The notes beneath the pieces are model-generated. The model was not told the DNA's origin. It saw only the letters and a program-made list of their open reading frames with translations, and ran no database searches. 64,000 nucleotides of DNA from NCBI GenBank assembly GCA_013178015.1, contig JABLXR010000014.1, positions 13,737 through 77,736 on the forward strand, read 5' to 3'. Made by a program: the position numbers and the translations under genes. This document shows positions 1 through 9,487 of this stretch, piece after piece. Numbering within the stretch: position 1 is the stretch's first letter; the number at the start of each line of letters is the position of its first letter. This DNA is from Anaerolineae bacterium. Its GTDB lineage: Bacteria; Chloroflexota; Anaerolineae; DRVO01.

Positions 1-1588
1 ACTCGGTGCCATAGTCGGCCCCCGGGTCCCGGCTGTTGACGGGGCGGTTGCGGATGGCGCCCCGGCCGCGGGGGTCGAAGACGAAGAGGCGATGACCCCT
101 CCGAAGCAGTGCCTCCAGCCGGGCACGCTGGGCGGGGATGTCGTCGCTGCCCTGCTCGAGCAGCACCAGGTCTATCTGCACCACCGGGCCGGCCTGGCGG
201 GGGTGGATCATGACGCCGGTGACCACTATGTCCGGGGCGCTGAAGAAGAAGACGTGTTCGGTGCGGTAGCCCTCCACGGGGTCGTCGAAGACGACTCGGG
301 GGTCGATGGGATGGTCCAGGGGCTCATCGGCGATGCCGAGCACCTCGGCCAGTTGCCGACGCAGCTCCGCCGCGTCGGTGGGGGGCGTCGGCGGCCACAG
401 GCGCTCGCGGTTGAGGTCGAAGACGGTCTTCGAGCGGGGAAACTCGGCCAGCACCTGCCCAGCGGTGGTGCAGTGCAGCTCGGCCTCCGGCAGTACCTCG
501 GGCTCGCCGGTGCAGAAGTCCCCGGGCTCGCCCTTGAGGTGGACCCGCATCCAGTTGACTACCGCCTCCCGCAGTGGAGCGGTGAAGCCGTGCGTGGCCG
601 GCGAGTAGGCGATGCCCACCTTGTCCTCGGCGCCGTAGAGCCGGTAGACCTGGTGGGCGCGGCGGACCGATTCGCGGGCCCCCTCGATGGGAAAGAAGTC
701 GTAGAGCGCCGCTCCCACCATAACCGGCTTGGGCGCCATCGCTGTCAGGTATTGGTAGTAGTCCGGCCCCCAGGCCATAGCTCCCCGTACCAGTTGCTCG
801 GCGTCCTGAGCCTGGCCGGTCTTCATGTAGCTCTCCAGGGTCATGACGAAACAGCAGGGGGCGCCGGCGGCGAAGCGGTCGTCGGACATCATCAGCAGGC
901 ATGTCTGAGTGCCCCCGCCGGAGTTACCGGTGACGCCGATGCGCTCCCGGTCCACCTCGGGGCGGGACTGGAGGTAGTCCACCCCCCGCATTCCGTCCCA
1001 GATGAAATGGCGGGCGATGCTGGCACCATCGAGTATGTACTGCAGGCCGGCGTAGGAGTGCTCGACGGTGCACCCTCCCACGTTGCGCCTGCCCGTCTCG
1101 GGGTCGAAGTACTGGAAGCGCTCGCCCTGGCCGGGCGGATCCATGGCCAGGACCACGAACCCGTTCTGGGCCAGGTCGGAGCACACGGCCTGGTAGCGCG
1201 GCTCAGCCTTGCCTGACTCGCTGTGGCCGCAGACGAAGAGGATGCCAGGGACCTTACCGTCCAGGGCCTTGGGTACGTAGAGGTTGGCAGTGACGTAGAA
1301 CTGGGGCAGGCTCTGGTAGATGATCTTCTCGATGGTGTAGTCGCCCCGGTCGAGGATGCCGGTGCAACGTGCTTCCAGAGGGGTCCGCTCTTCAGGCAGG
1401 CCGCCGACGGCTTCCAGGAATCGCCGGCGCACCTGACGTCGGTGCTCCTCGAACTGCTCCACCGTAGCGATGGCTTCCCGTTCCCGCTCCTGGCGCCGGA
1501 AGTGGGCCTCAGCCCGCCGGCGCAGGTCATCTATCATCTGATCGGAAACGTCGTAGTAACCGTCCACGTGCGAACTGAATGCGCGCAT
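1..1588 (-). CDS. Alpha/beta-hydrolase, acetyl xylan esterase-like (partial, runs off the left edge)
   Basis: Read manually (absent from the ORF track because it has no stop in the window). ATG at 1588 follows a GGAGGGA SD. Translation contains ...YQSLPQFYVTANLYVP...FVCGHS... and the nucleophile elbow RIGVTGNSGGGTQ; frame still open at position 2. Confidence 0.8.
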   Translation of the reverse strand, partial: MRAFSSHVDGYYDVSDQMIDDLRRRAEAHFRRQEREREAIATVEQFEEHRRQVRRRFLEAVGGLPEERTPLEARCTGILDRGDYTIEKIIYQSLPQFYVTANLYVPKALDGKVPGILFVCGHSESGKAEPRYQAVCSDLAQNGFVVLAMDPPGQGERFQYFDPETGRRNVGGCTVEHSYAGLQYILDGASIARHFIWDGMRGVDYLQSRPEVDRERIGVTGNSGGGTQTCLLMMSDDRFAAGAPCCFVMTLESYMKTGQAQDAEQLVRGAMAWGPDYYQYLTAMAPKPVMVGAALYDFFPIEGARESVRRAHQVYRLYGAEDKVGIAYSPATHGFTAPLREAVVNWMRVHLKGEPGDFCTGEPEVLPEAELHCTTAGQVLAEFPRSKTVFDLNRERLWPPTPPTDAAELRRQLAEVLGIADEPLDHPIDPRVVFDDPVEGYRTEHVFFFSAPDIVVTGVMIHPRQAGPVVQIDLVLLEQGSDDIPAQRARLEALLRRGHRLFVFDPRGRGAIRNRPVNSRDPGADYGTE

Positions 1589-1606
1589 TGTCCCTCCGAA
1601 GCCGGG

Positions 1607-1736
1607 GAGTAGTGATACGTGATGCGTGATGCGTGATGCGTGACGCGTGACCACACTGTGTGTGTCGCATCACACATACCACGTATCACGTATCACGCAT
1701 CACGCATCACGTATCACGCATCACGTATCACTACTC
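1607..1736. repeat. Inverted repeat built from tandem heptamers (TGATRCG)n / (CGYATCA)n
   Basis: Left arm gagtagtgatacgtgatgcgtgatgcgtgatgcgtga; right arm ...atcacgcatcacgtatcactactc; the outer 24 bp are perfectly complementary. Confidence 0.9.
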
Positions 1737-1738
1737 AC

Positions 1739-2944
1739 TCATATGTAATCCAGGTGATGGTAAGCCCAGGGGGCGAGGGGGAGGGCGCGGGAGATGGCGT
1801 CCACCTCGCGGTCGTTGCCCCCAACTACGGTGACGAGGTCCTGACGTACGGCCGCCATCAGGTCTAGCCGAGAGAGAAGCAGACGCGTCAGGGAGTCTTC
1901 CTTCATCTCTAGCGTGACCCGACCGGTCGCCCTGCCGCTAGGGCGGTGGATGACCGCCTCCCGTAGCGGGGTCCAGACCTCCACCTCCAGACCTTCGGCC
2001 TCCTCGTTCTCCTGCCAGACCTTGGAGGCGAGGGAGGCCGGATCGAGCACGTAGCCCATGATCATCATCGAGCTCTCGGACCGGGGCACGGGGCGGAAGC
2101 CCAGCCCCAGAAGGGTGCGGGCATAAGGGGAGCAGTCGGTGGCGAATGTACGGAGGCCCACGCCCCACTCGGATGCCAGAGTGACGGCTTCTTGCAGGAC
2201 GGCGTGAGCTGCGGTACTGTCACCACCTCGAGTGGCCAGCTCCAGTAACTGAGCTCGACCATGGGCCAGCTCTCGGCTGATCAAGGCGTAGCCTTGCAGG
2301 GCGCCCTGCTCCTCGACTCGGATCAGGACGAACTCGTGGGGAATCATGTCGAAGTAGGCAGAGGAGAAGGCATCTTTGTAGTAGCCGGGCCGACGGGAGG
2401 GGAAGCCCCCGTACCGGCCGTAGGCGCTGTCGAAAACGGCCAGGAACTCGCCCTCGCGCTCCAGCAGTAACTCCCGACCGGATCGCTCTGCTTTAGTGGT
2501 GGGCTGGAGCCGGGGCTGGTCGAGGACGAAGGGCCGCAGGTACGCCAGGTCGTGGTGGCCATTTCGGGCGTAGAAGCGGTACCCGGCGGAGCGCTCGGCA
2601 CCCCGATAGACCATCATGGCGTCGCATCGCCCTAGCAGGATCTCCTTGGCCACGTCCATCATGCGCGAGCCGATCCCCTGATCTCGCAGCGACTCCTTGA
2701 CCAGCACCGCGTGCTCGAATCCGGCGCCCACGGCGGCTTGCGGGTTGACGCGGAAGTCTCGGAGATGGAAAGGAACGGCGCCCACCGGTTCCGACCCTCG
2801 CAGAGCCAAGATGGCGGTCACGTCTTCGCGGGCGGCCCAGCGGAAGCCGGCCTCCTCGGTGAGGGGTGGAAAGTGGGTGCTGTGCACAGCAAGCCAGCTG
2901 GAGACGTCTTGCGGGCGCATTTCCCGGCAAGTGATACCCTGCAT
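1739..2944 (-). CDS. GNAT family N-acetyltransferase, Eis-like tandem GNAT
   Basis: ~400-aa ORF with acetyl-CoA motif VLVKESLRDQGIGSRMM and a second degenerate GNAT domain; the start could instead be 2965. Confidence 0.7.
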   Translation of the reverse strand: MQGITCREMRPQDVSSWLAVHSTHFPPLTEEAGFRWAAREDVTAILALRGSEPVGAVPFHLRDFRVNPQAAVGAGFEHAVLVKESLRDQGIGSRMMDVAKEILLGRCDAMMVYRGAERSAGYRFYARNGHHDLAYLRPFVLDQPRLQPTTKAERSGRELLLEREGEFLAVFDSAYGRYGGFPSRRPGYYKDAFSSAYFDMIPHEFVLIRVEEQGALQGYALISRELAHGRAQLLELATRGGDSTAAHAVLQEAVTLASEWGVGLRTFATDCSPYARTLLGLGFRPVPRSESSMMIMGYVLDPASLASKVWQENEEAEGLEVEVWTPLREAVIHRPSGRATGRVTLEMKEDSLTRLLLSRLDLMAAVRQDLVTVVGGNDREVDAISRALPLAPWAYHHLDYI

Positions 2945-3192
2945 GGTGCTCGGAAGCTCCGCCAATGGTCTGGTGTGGCAATTAGTATACGCCCAAAGGC
3001 GGGGCAGTGCCTAGGGGCAACCGGAAGCTGACTGGTCGCGCGCCGAAGGCCTGCCCTGGTCCCAGGGGACGGGGTCGGCCCTCGGCCTTGGCCGGCAACG
3101 CCGAACGGGCGCGGCCGGGGTTCAGGCCAGCCGGCTCGTCCGCGGCACCGGCACCAAGCCCCGCGGTGTGGCTTCCCTAGCGTGGGCGCGAC

Positions 3193-4002
3193 TCAGCGGT
3201 TGCGGTGAGAGTGCGCGAGGACGAGCTCGGCACAGAAGCGCACGCCGTCGTCGGCGGGGGCGTTGGGCCAGCCCTCGGGCTCGAAGGCCAGGTACCGATC
3301 GAAGCCGGCCCCCGCCAGGATGCCCACCAGCAGCGGGTAGTCGGTGATGCCCTCGGAGGGCCGGGTGTACTCGAAAGGACGCGGCTGCTTCTCAGGGGCG
3401 GCCACGAAATTCTTGACGTGCACGTGCACCACCCGGTCGCCCAATTCCACCGCCGCCTTGATGGGGTCGGACCCGGCTAGGATGAAGTTGCCCCCATCGA
3501 GGGTGACTTTCATCTCTGGACCCACCCGCTGCACGCATTCCTTGAGCTCCTCCCAGGTATGGCACATGCGCCCGGCGTTCTCAATGCTGAACAGCAGGCC
3601 GGCTGAGCGAGTGATCTCGAGGGCCTTCTGCAGCCCGTCCACGTAGCGGTTCATAGCCTCAGGGCCGCTGTTGGTGTGCTGACCTCCGGCGCTGAAGAGG
3701 TGGTCTATCCCGTGGCGGGTGCACACCTCGGCGCCCTGCCGCACGGCATCCAGCGAACCCTCGATGTCGGCGCCGGGGGTGATGAAGTCGGTGTGGATGC
3801 AGTAGACAGCAGGCTCCAGCCCGTGCTGGCGCAGGAAGGCGACGGCATCGTCAGGGCTGACGTTGATGCGCGCCAGATAGCGGGCGAACAAGTCCACACC
3901 CTGCAGCCCCTCGCTCTTGAGCTGCAGCACCGCATCGCGCCAGTCCATGACGCTACCGTCGTCGGCCCGTGGGTCTCCCATGAGCATATAGCTTACTTTC
4001 AA
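3193..4002 (-). CDS. Sugar phosphate isomerase/epimerase (xylose isomerase-like TIM barrel)
   Basis: Metal-ligand motifs FSIENAG, VTLDGGNF, VHVHVKN, LAFEPE; TTG start with AGGAG SD. Confidence 0.85.
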   Translation of the reverse strand: MKVSYMLMGDPRADDGSVMDWRDAVLQLKSEGLQGVDLFARYLARINVSPDDAVAFLRQHGLEPAVYCIHTDFITPGADIEGSLDAVRQGAEVCTRHGIDHLFSAGGQHTNSGPEAMNRYVDGLQKALEITRSAGLLFSIENAGRMCHTWEELKECVQRVGPEMKVTLDGGNFILAGSDPIKAAVELGDRVVHVHVKNFVAAPEKQPRPFEYTRPSEGITDYPLLVGILAGAGFDRYLAFEPEGWPNAPADDGVRFCAELVLAHSHRNR

Positions 4003-4082
4003 CGCGGTCTCCTAGAGTGGCTGGATAGTGTCCGCTGGATGGCGGCGCGGGGGCTCATGGCGCATCGCCCCGGTCTGTCCCG

Positions 4083-4853
4083 CTACCGCAGGCCCATCTG
4101 GCGCAGGTTGCGGTAGCTGATGGCCAGGCTCTCAAACGGGTCCCGCTGGCAGACGTCTTGTTCCACGGCCGCCCACTCTACCTGAGCGTCGTGGCATGCC
4201 TCCAGGATAGCGGGCCAGTTCAGGTTGCCCTCCCCGATTTCGGCGAAGGCCTGGGCCCCGTTCAGTATGACCATGTCCTTGAAGTGCACCACGGGCATGC
4301 GGCCGCGGAAGCGCCTGATCCAGGCCATGGGATCGCCTCCGCCGTGCTGGACCCAGTAGGTGTCGATCTCGGCCAGCAGGTACCGGGGGTCGCTCTCCGA
4401 GAAGAGGATGTCCAGCCCGGTGCGCCCATCGTACTTCTCGAACTCGAAGCTGTGGTTGTGATAGCTGAAGGTCAAGCCAGCCTCGGCCAGCCGACGCCCC
4501 ACCTCGCTTGCCTCTCGCGCGAAGCGACGGTAACCCTCGGCGCCCTCGCCGCGATACTCGCGGGGCATGCTGCCGATAGCCACATGCTTGCACTCCCACA
4601 GGCGGTGCTCTTCGATGACGGCGGGCAGGTCGTTCCACAGCCGGTCGGGGCTGGTATGGGTGTTGCACATGATCAGGCCCTCGGCGTCCAAGAGACGCTT
4701 GAGCTCCCGGGGCTCGATGGGACCGATGCCGGAGACCTGCACCGCTCGATAGCCCATCTCACGGATTCGCTGCAGGCCCTTGGCGATGTCCTCGGGGGTC
4801 TTCATGTACTCCCTAACGGTGTACAACTGAGCGGCGACACCCATTCGCTCCAT
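4083..4853 (-). CDS. Sugar phosphate isomerase/epimerase (xylose isomerase-like TIM barrel)
   Basis: AQLYTVR N-terminus, YHNHSFEF, EIDTYWVQHGG, VHFKD, VEQD motifs; GGAGG SD. Confidence 0.9.
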   Translation of the reverse strand: MERMGVAAQLYTVREYMKTPEDIAKGLQRIREMGYRAVQVSGIGPIEPRELKRLLDAEGLIMCNTHTSPDRLWNDLPAVIEEHRLWECKHVAIGSMPREYRGEGAEGYRRFAREASEVGRRLAEAGLTFSYHNHSFEFEKYDGRTGLDILFSESDPRYLLAEIDTYWVQHGGGDPMAWIRRFRGRMPVVHFKDMVILNGAQAFAEIGEGNLNWPAILEACHDAQVEWAAVEQDVCQRDPFESLAISYRNLRQMGLR

Positions 4854-4969
4854 GTGAGCCTCCTAGGGTAAGTGCATGGGACGCGGCGGCACCAAGCAGC
4901 GCCGCCGGGTGCCTCATTATGGGCCTCAGGCGGCAACGGCTCAAGCACGACCGGAGCCCGGCAGAGGCG

Positions 4970-6286
4970 TCAATGGGAGGACCGATCACCGCGCTTCGGC
5001 TCCTCGTCAGCAGGCCGGTCTAGCACCAGCCCCGAGGCCTCCTGGTCCTCCCCGCCAGCAATGGCTTCCTCCCCTGCGTCCCCCTCTACCGCTTCCCTGG
5101 TCTCCGCCACCGTGCGCCCGCGTATCCTCATGGGAGGTGTCCGCCGACCTAGCTCCTCCGAGCGGGCGGCTACCTCCGCCTCGACCTCGGCCACAGCCGC
5201 CGGCAGGATCCAGCCATGCCCCAGAGCGTGCTCCGCCATGGGCAGGGTGTTGTCCGCCAGAACCAGGGAAGAGCCCGCCTCCGCGATCTCCTCGGCTAGA
5301 CCGCGGATGGCGCGGACGCGGTCGGGCCCGGGGCTCACATTCCGGATGTAGACGGCCAGGATGCGCTCGGGATACTGGTGCACGATGTCGCGGTAGATCT
5401 CCGGGTCTTTCTCGCCGCTGTCGCCTATGAGGATGAAGGGCAGGCGAGGGTAGAAGTCCACGATCTCCCGGATCACCTCGGACTTGTAGGCCCGCTGGCG
5501 CAGGGGAAACAGACCCTCGGTGGAGAGGCCCCAGTCCCGGAGGAAGAGCACCGGGCCGAGGGGGATGTCGTTGAGCCTGAAGAACTGGGAAAGGAGGTCG
5601 TAGAAGTTCCAGGGGCTGTTGGAGACGTAGAACAGGGGGTTGAGGGCCGGGCCATCCGCGCCGTGCATGAATGCCCGATACAGGGCAGCCACTCCGGGGA
5701 AGGGCAGGCGAGTGTGGGCGTTGCCCAGCATGACGTTGCGCAGCATGCCTACCAGGTGAGTGGCGTCGGTGAAGACCACCGTGTCGTCAATGTCGCTTAT
5801 CACCCCGTACCTGGCGCCGGGCGGGGGGACGAGCACCTCGGCCGCGGCCGTTACGGGCGCGTACCCGGGCCGCCGCGGCTCCAGGAGCTCGAGCTCCACC
5901 CGGTGCCAGAGCCGGTCGGGGGGAAGGGGCCGGTCGGTCTCGATCAGGACCTCGAAGAATCCCTCGACGTCCGCTACGGCCTCCTGCTCCACCTTTCCGA
6001 ACCGGGCCCGCACCCGGGCATAGGGGATCTCATTGGTCTTCAGGCGACGATACATGTTCAGGAGGTTACGATACACGCTGTCCGCTTCGGTGGCAGGTCC
6101 GATCCCGCGGGCCTCCTGGACGCGGCCCCTGAGGCACAGCCGGTCGAGCGTTCCGTAGCCCCGGTAGGCCACGATCTCGATAGGGGGCCTACCCCCGAGG
6201 CGCTCGCGCACCCGGTACTTGAGGAGGTCGAACCTCTCCTCCATGCTGACCAGGGCCCGCAGCGCCTGCCTCCGCCAACTTGCCAT
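4970..6286 (-). CDS. App1-like phosphatidate phosphatase (DUF2183 family)
   Basis: VISDIDDT (DxDxT-like), YVSNSPWN, LIGDSGEKDPEIY and AVYIRNV motifs; start trimmed to MASWRRQ. Confidence 0.85.
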   Translation of the reverse strand: MASWRRQALRALVSMEERFDLLKYRVRERLGGRPPIEIVAYRGYGTLDRLCLRGRVQEARGIGPATEADSVYRNLLNMYRRLKTNEIPYARVRARFGKVEQEAVADVEGFFEVLIETDRPLPPDRLWHRVELELLEPRRPGYAPVTAAAEVLVPPPGARYGVISDIDDTVVFTDATHLVGMLRNVMLGNAHTRLPFPGVAALYRAFMHGADGPALNPLFYVSNSPWNFYDLLSQFFRLNDIPLGPVLFLRDWGLSTEGLFPLRQRAYKSEVIREIVDFYPRLPFILIGDSGEKDPEIYRDIVHQYPERILAVYIRNVSPGPDRVRAIRGLAEEIAEAGSSLVLADNTLPMAEHALGHGWILPAAVAEVEAEVAARSEELGRRTPPMRIRGRTVAETREAVEGDAGEEAIAGGEDQEASGLVLDRPADEEPKRGDRSSH

Positions 6287-6313
6287 CACCGGCTCTCCAG
6301 CTCCAACCAGGGG

Positions 6314-6493
6314 ATGGAACGCTGATGACGCCGATGATATGCTGATTGGCGCCGATTCCGAAAGGATGGGGGCATGGGTAGCGGGAGACCCTGGGTACCG
6401 GCCGCTGCTGAGGGCTCCCACGGGACGGGTTGCCCTTGTTTCCCTTTCTGATCAGCGCCGATGAGCGTATCATCGGCAGCATCTGCGTTCCAT
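6314..6493. repeat. Imperfect 43-bp inverted repeat with ~9-bp internal periodicity between divergent genes
   Basis: 6314-6356 versus the reverse complement of 6451-6493: 36/43 identical by manual alignment. Confidence 0.85.
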
Positions 6494-6517
6494 GGCGTTC
6501 CATCCAGGGAGGTAGCC

Positions 6518-7348
6518 GTGAGACCCGAGTTCACCCTGATCGCCGAGGGCTTGCCCGGAGCCGAGGGCCCGGTATTCGACCGCGATGGGCGGTTCTTCAT
6601 GGTGGTGCCGGACCGAGGACTGGTAGTGCGAGTGACGGACGACGGGCACGTGAGCACCCTTGCCGACACCGGAGGCATCCCGGCCGGACTGCAGTGCGAC
6701 CGAGAGAACCACCTGTGGGTGGCGGACATGAAGCTGGGCATCCTGCGCATCAGCCCCCAAGGCGCCATCGAGCCCATCGTCTCGCGCTTTGAGGACGCAC
6801 CCATACGCGGGTGTAACGACCTGTACTTCGACTCCCGGGGCAATCTGTACTTCACTGCCCCGGCCGGCTCCAGCGCCGAGAACCCGGTAGGAGAGGTGTT
6901 CTGCCGCCGCGCCGACGGCGAGGTGGTGCGGCTGGATCAAGGCTACCAGTTCTGCAACGGCATCGCTGTGACTGCGGACGACCGCCAGCTGATCGTGGCC
7001 GAGACGCGCACCAGGTCTCTCTGGGCCTTTGACATTGTGGCGCCGGGTGTGGTGGCGAACAAGCGGCTCTGGGCCCGGCTACCGGGAGAGCATGCCGGTG
7101 GGCCGGACGGGATAGATTTCGACGAGGCGGGCAATCTGCTGGCGACCAACATCGGCGGCAGTGCCATCGAGGTCTACGGCCCCGATGGTACCTGGCTAGA
7201 GAGCATCGAGACGCCCTTCACCCGCCCCTCCAACGTGCACTTCGGCGGGGACGACGGCCGCTGGGTCTACGTCACCGAGCACACCAACCACGCCGTCTGG
7301 AAGTTCCGCTGGCGGCACCGGGGGCAGCGGCAGTACTGCGAGGGCTAG
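6518..7348 (+). CDS. SMP-30/gluconolactonase/LRE family protein
   Basis: AEGPVFD, CNDLYFD, CNGIAV, PDGIDFDEAGNL, PSNVHFGG motifs; GTG start with GGGAGG SD. Confidence 0.9.
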   Translation: MRPEFTLIAEGLPGAEGPVFDRDGRFFMVVPDRGLVVRVTDDGHVSTLADTGGIPAGLQCDRENHLWVADMKLGILRISPQGAIEPIVSRFEDAPIRGCNDLYFDSRGNLYFTAPAGSSAENPVGEVFCRRADGEVVRLDQGYQFCNGIAVTADDRQLIVAETRTRSLWAFDIVAPGVVANKRLWARLPGEHAGGPDGIDFDEAGNLLATNIGGSAIEVYGPDGTWLESIETPFTRPSNVHFGGDDGRWVYVTEHTNHAVWKFRWRHRGQRQYCEG

Positions 7349-7377
7349 TCCGGGCAGAGCCGACCAATTCTGTGGTG

Positions 7378-8181
7378 TTACGCCTGCCCGGCGGGCCTCT
7401 TCCTGGATACCACGGCGAACCCGCCGCAGTAGAGCAGGTAGTGGTGCCAGGTCCCCGGGTCGGGCGGCGGGCGGTGCTCCGTGAAGTACTGGGGATCGTC
7501 GGCGACCTGCTCGATGGACAGCCCCGCGGCGAGGAGGCCGTTGAAGATGTCGGCCAGGTAGTGGCGGAACTGCGCCGAGCCCCCGGAGGTCTCTTCCTTT
7601 TGAGCGTACGGGAGGCTGATCCGGTAGCCGTGGCCGTCCCAGGACTCCATCCCCACGAACTCGGTGGCCGGGTTGGTGAAGCACACCCGATAGACACCGC
7701 CGGGCCGAAGCACCCTGGTTACCTCGGCAAAGACGGGCCGCAAGTCGGGGACGTAGCACACGGAGGGCGCCTGGTAGACCAGGTCGAAGGACTCGTCGCT
7801 CAGACAGGATAGGTCGCGCATGTCGGCCTGGATAGTGGTGACCGGGTAGCCGTAGTGCTCTGCCGCCACCCTGTCGCCCTGCAACTGCCCCTCGGCCAGG
7901 TCCACCACGGTCACCCGGGCGCCCTGCAGGCCGAAGACGGCGGACTGCTGCCCTCCACCGGAGGCCAGGCACAGCACATCCTTGCCCTCGACGCCGTCCA
8001 GGATGCTGGCGGGGTACATCCAGATGAGCGGCTCCGGGGGATGATCGAGGCTGCCTTCGGCATAGCGGCGAATCAGGACGCGGTCCAGATCGAGGGAGGG
8101 GAGGGTGAAACCGCAACCCTCCCGCACCATTCGCTCCCAGTGCTGCCGGTTCATGGCTGCGATGCGGTCGAGGTTCTCCAC
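7378..8181 (-). CDS. Class I SAM-dependent methyltransferase
   Basis: VLCLASGGGQQS motif I, VTVVDL, FDLVYQ, VLRPGG. Confidence 0.9.
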   Translation of the reverse strand: MENLDRIAAMNRQHWERMVREGCGFTLPSLDLDRVLIRRYAEGSLDHPPEPLIWMYPASILDGVEGKDVLCLASGGGQQSAVFGLQGARVTVVDLAEGQLQGDRVAAEHYGYPVTTIQADMRDLSCLSDESFDLVYQAPSVCYVPDLRPVFAEVTRVLRPGGVYRVCFTNPATEFVGMESWDGHGYRISLPYAQKEETSGGSAQFRHYLADIFNGLLAAGLSIEQVADDPQYFTEHRPPPDPGTWHHYLLYCGGFAVVSRKRPAGQA

Positions 8182-8358
8182 CCTCCCTCCTTACGTGATC
8201 GGGGTGTGGCCGTCCGGGAAGGATGGGCCGCCGATGAGCCTCCCGAGAATGCGCCTGACGGATTCCATGGCGGGCGGGTGCTTCCGTGCTTCGACGGACG
8301 GGCAGTTGTGTGCCAGACTAATGGACGCTTAGTGACCGCACAAGGGGAGGGGAAGCCT

Positions 8359-9252
8359 ATGTTGACCGCCGATGCCCTGAGAGGAGTGATCCCCGCCATC
8401 GTGACGCCGTTCACCGTTTCGGATGCGGTGGACGAGCCGGCGTTGCGGCGCATCACCGACCACGTGCTGCGGAATGGTGTCCACGGCGTCATGACTACCG
8501 GAGGTACGGGGGAGTTCCCCCACCTTTCGCGGGAGGAGAAGCGCATTGTCACTGCCATAGTGGTGGACGAGGTCCAGGGCCGGGTCCCGGTCATCGCGGG
8601 AACGGCAGCCTGTAGCACCCGGGAGGCCATAGACCTGAGCGAAGACGCCCAGGCTATCGGCGCCGACGCGGTCATCGTCACGGCGCCCTACTACTTCGGG
8701 CTGCCCCCGTCCTCTCTGGAACGGCACTACCGGGAGCTGGCCGAGGCGGTGGACATCCCGATCGTCGTCTACAACAACCCGCTGTACACGGGCAACAACC
8801 TGTCCCCGGCCCTGTTGGCCCGGCTGGCCGAGGTGGAGGGGATCATCGGCCTGAAGCAGAGCAACGACAACCTGGGCGAGCTGGTGGAGGTGGTCAGGCT
8901 GGCCCGTGAGCGGATGTCCGTCTGCACCGGCATAGACAGCCAGTTCTACCCCGCCCTCTGCGTGGGTGCTCGCGGGATCTTCTCCACCGCTGCCAACGTG
9001 ATGCCGGCGCAGATGGTGCAGGTGTACGAGCTGACGGTGTCTGGTCGCCATGACGAGGCCAGGGAGCTGCACCTCCGGCTGCAAGTTCTGAATCGGTTGC
9101 TCGAGTACGATCCCGGGTATGTCTCGCCCTGCAAGGAGGCCCTGGCCATGATGGGTATGCCGGCGGGGAGGGTGCGCCGGCCGCTGCCCGAGCTGACCGA
9201 TGAAGAGTGGCAAGAGCTTCGCGGGGCGCTCGAGCAGTTGGGGCTGGTATAG
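8359..9252 (+). CDS. Dihydrodipicolinate synthase family (DapA/N-acetylneuraminate lyase-like) class I aldolase
   Basis: PAIVTPF, GGTGEF, APYY, VYNNP, GLKQS (Schiff-base Lys); GTGE instead of GTTGE suggests it is not the true DapA. Confidence 0.9.
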   Translation: MLTADALRGVIPAIVTPFTVSDAVDEPALRRITDHVLRNGVHGVMTTGGTGEFPHLSREEKRIVTAIVVDEVQGRVPVIAGTAACSTREAIDLSEDAQAIGADAVIVTAPYYFGLPPSSLERHYRELAEAVDIPIVVYNNPLYTGNNLSPALLARLAEVEGIIGLKQSNDNLGELVEVVRLARERMSVCTGIDSQFYPALCVGARGIFSTAANVMPAQMVQVYELTVSGRHDEARELHLRLQVLNRLLEYDPGYVSPCKEALAMMGMPAGRVRRPLPELTDEEWQELRGALEQLGLV

Positions 9253-9487
9253 AGCCCGCCTGGCCCGGGCGCGCTTCGCAGGAGGGGCGGGGGAGCCGCA
9301 TCGGTGCCTGACCAGGTCAGCGGCGGGGTACGGCCCCCAGCGGGCATGGGGACGGACGGCGATGCTATAATGAGCGCTAACGAAACCTGCCAATGAGACC
9401 GTTCCGGCTGTGACCGGCGCGGGGTGGAGCGGAAGTCATATGTCCGACGGTGGGGAAGACTCCGCTGGTGCAACTTGGCCCAGTGGG

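Noticed and set aside
92-1216. 374-aa + strand ORF and the many other long overlapping ORFs in the track (e.g. 9791-11230, 16861-18750, 29444-30958)
   Set aside because: Shadow frames of real genes in high-GC DNA; no motifs, and Arg/Pro/Gly-rich composition.
7855-8358. Long N-terminal extensions in the ORF track (DapA-like 7855, App1 6421, metX 21193, kinase 60783, amidohydrolase 37592)
   Set aside because: They overlap neighbouring genes, repeats or promoters; in most cases downstream starts match the domain boundary or have an SD.
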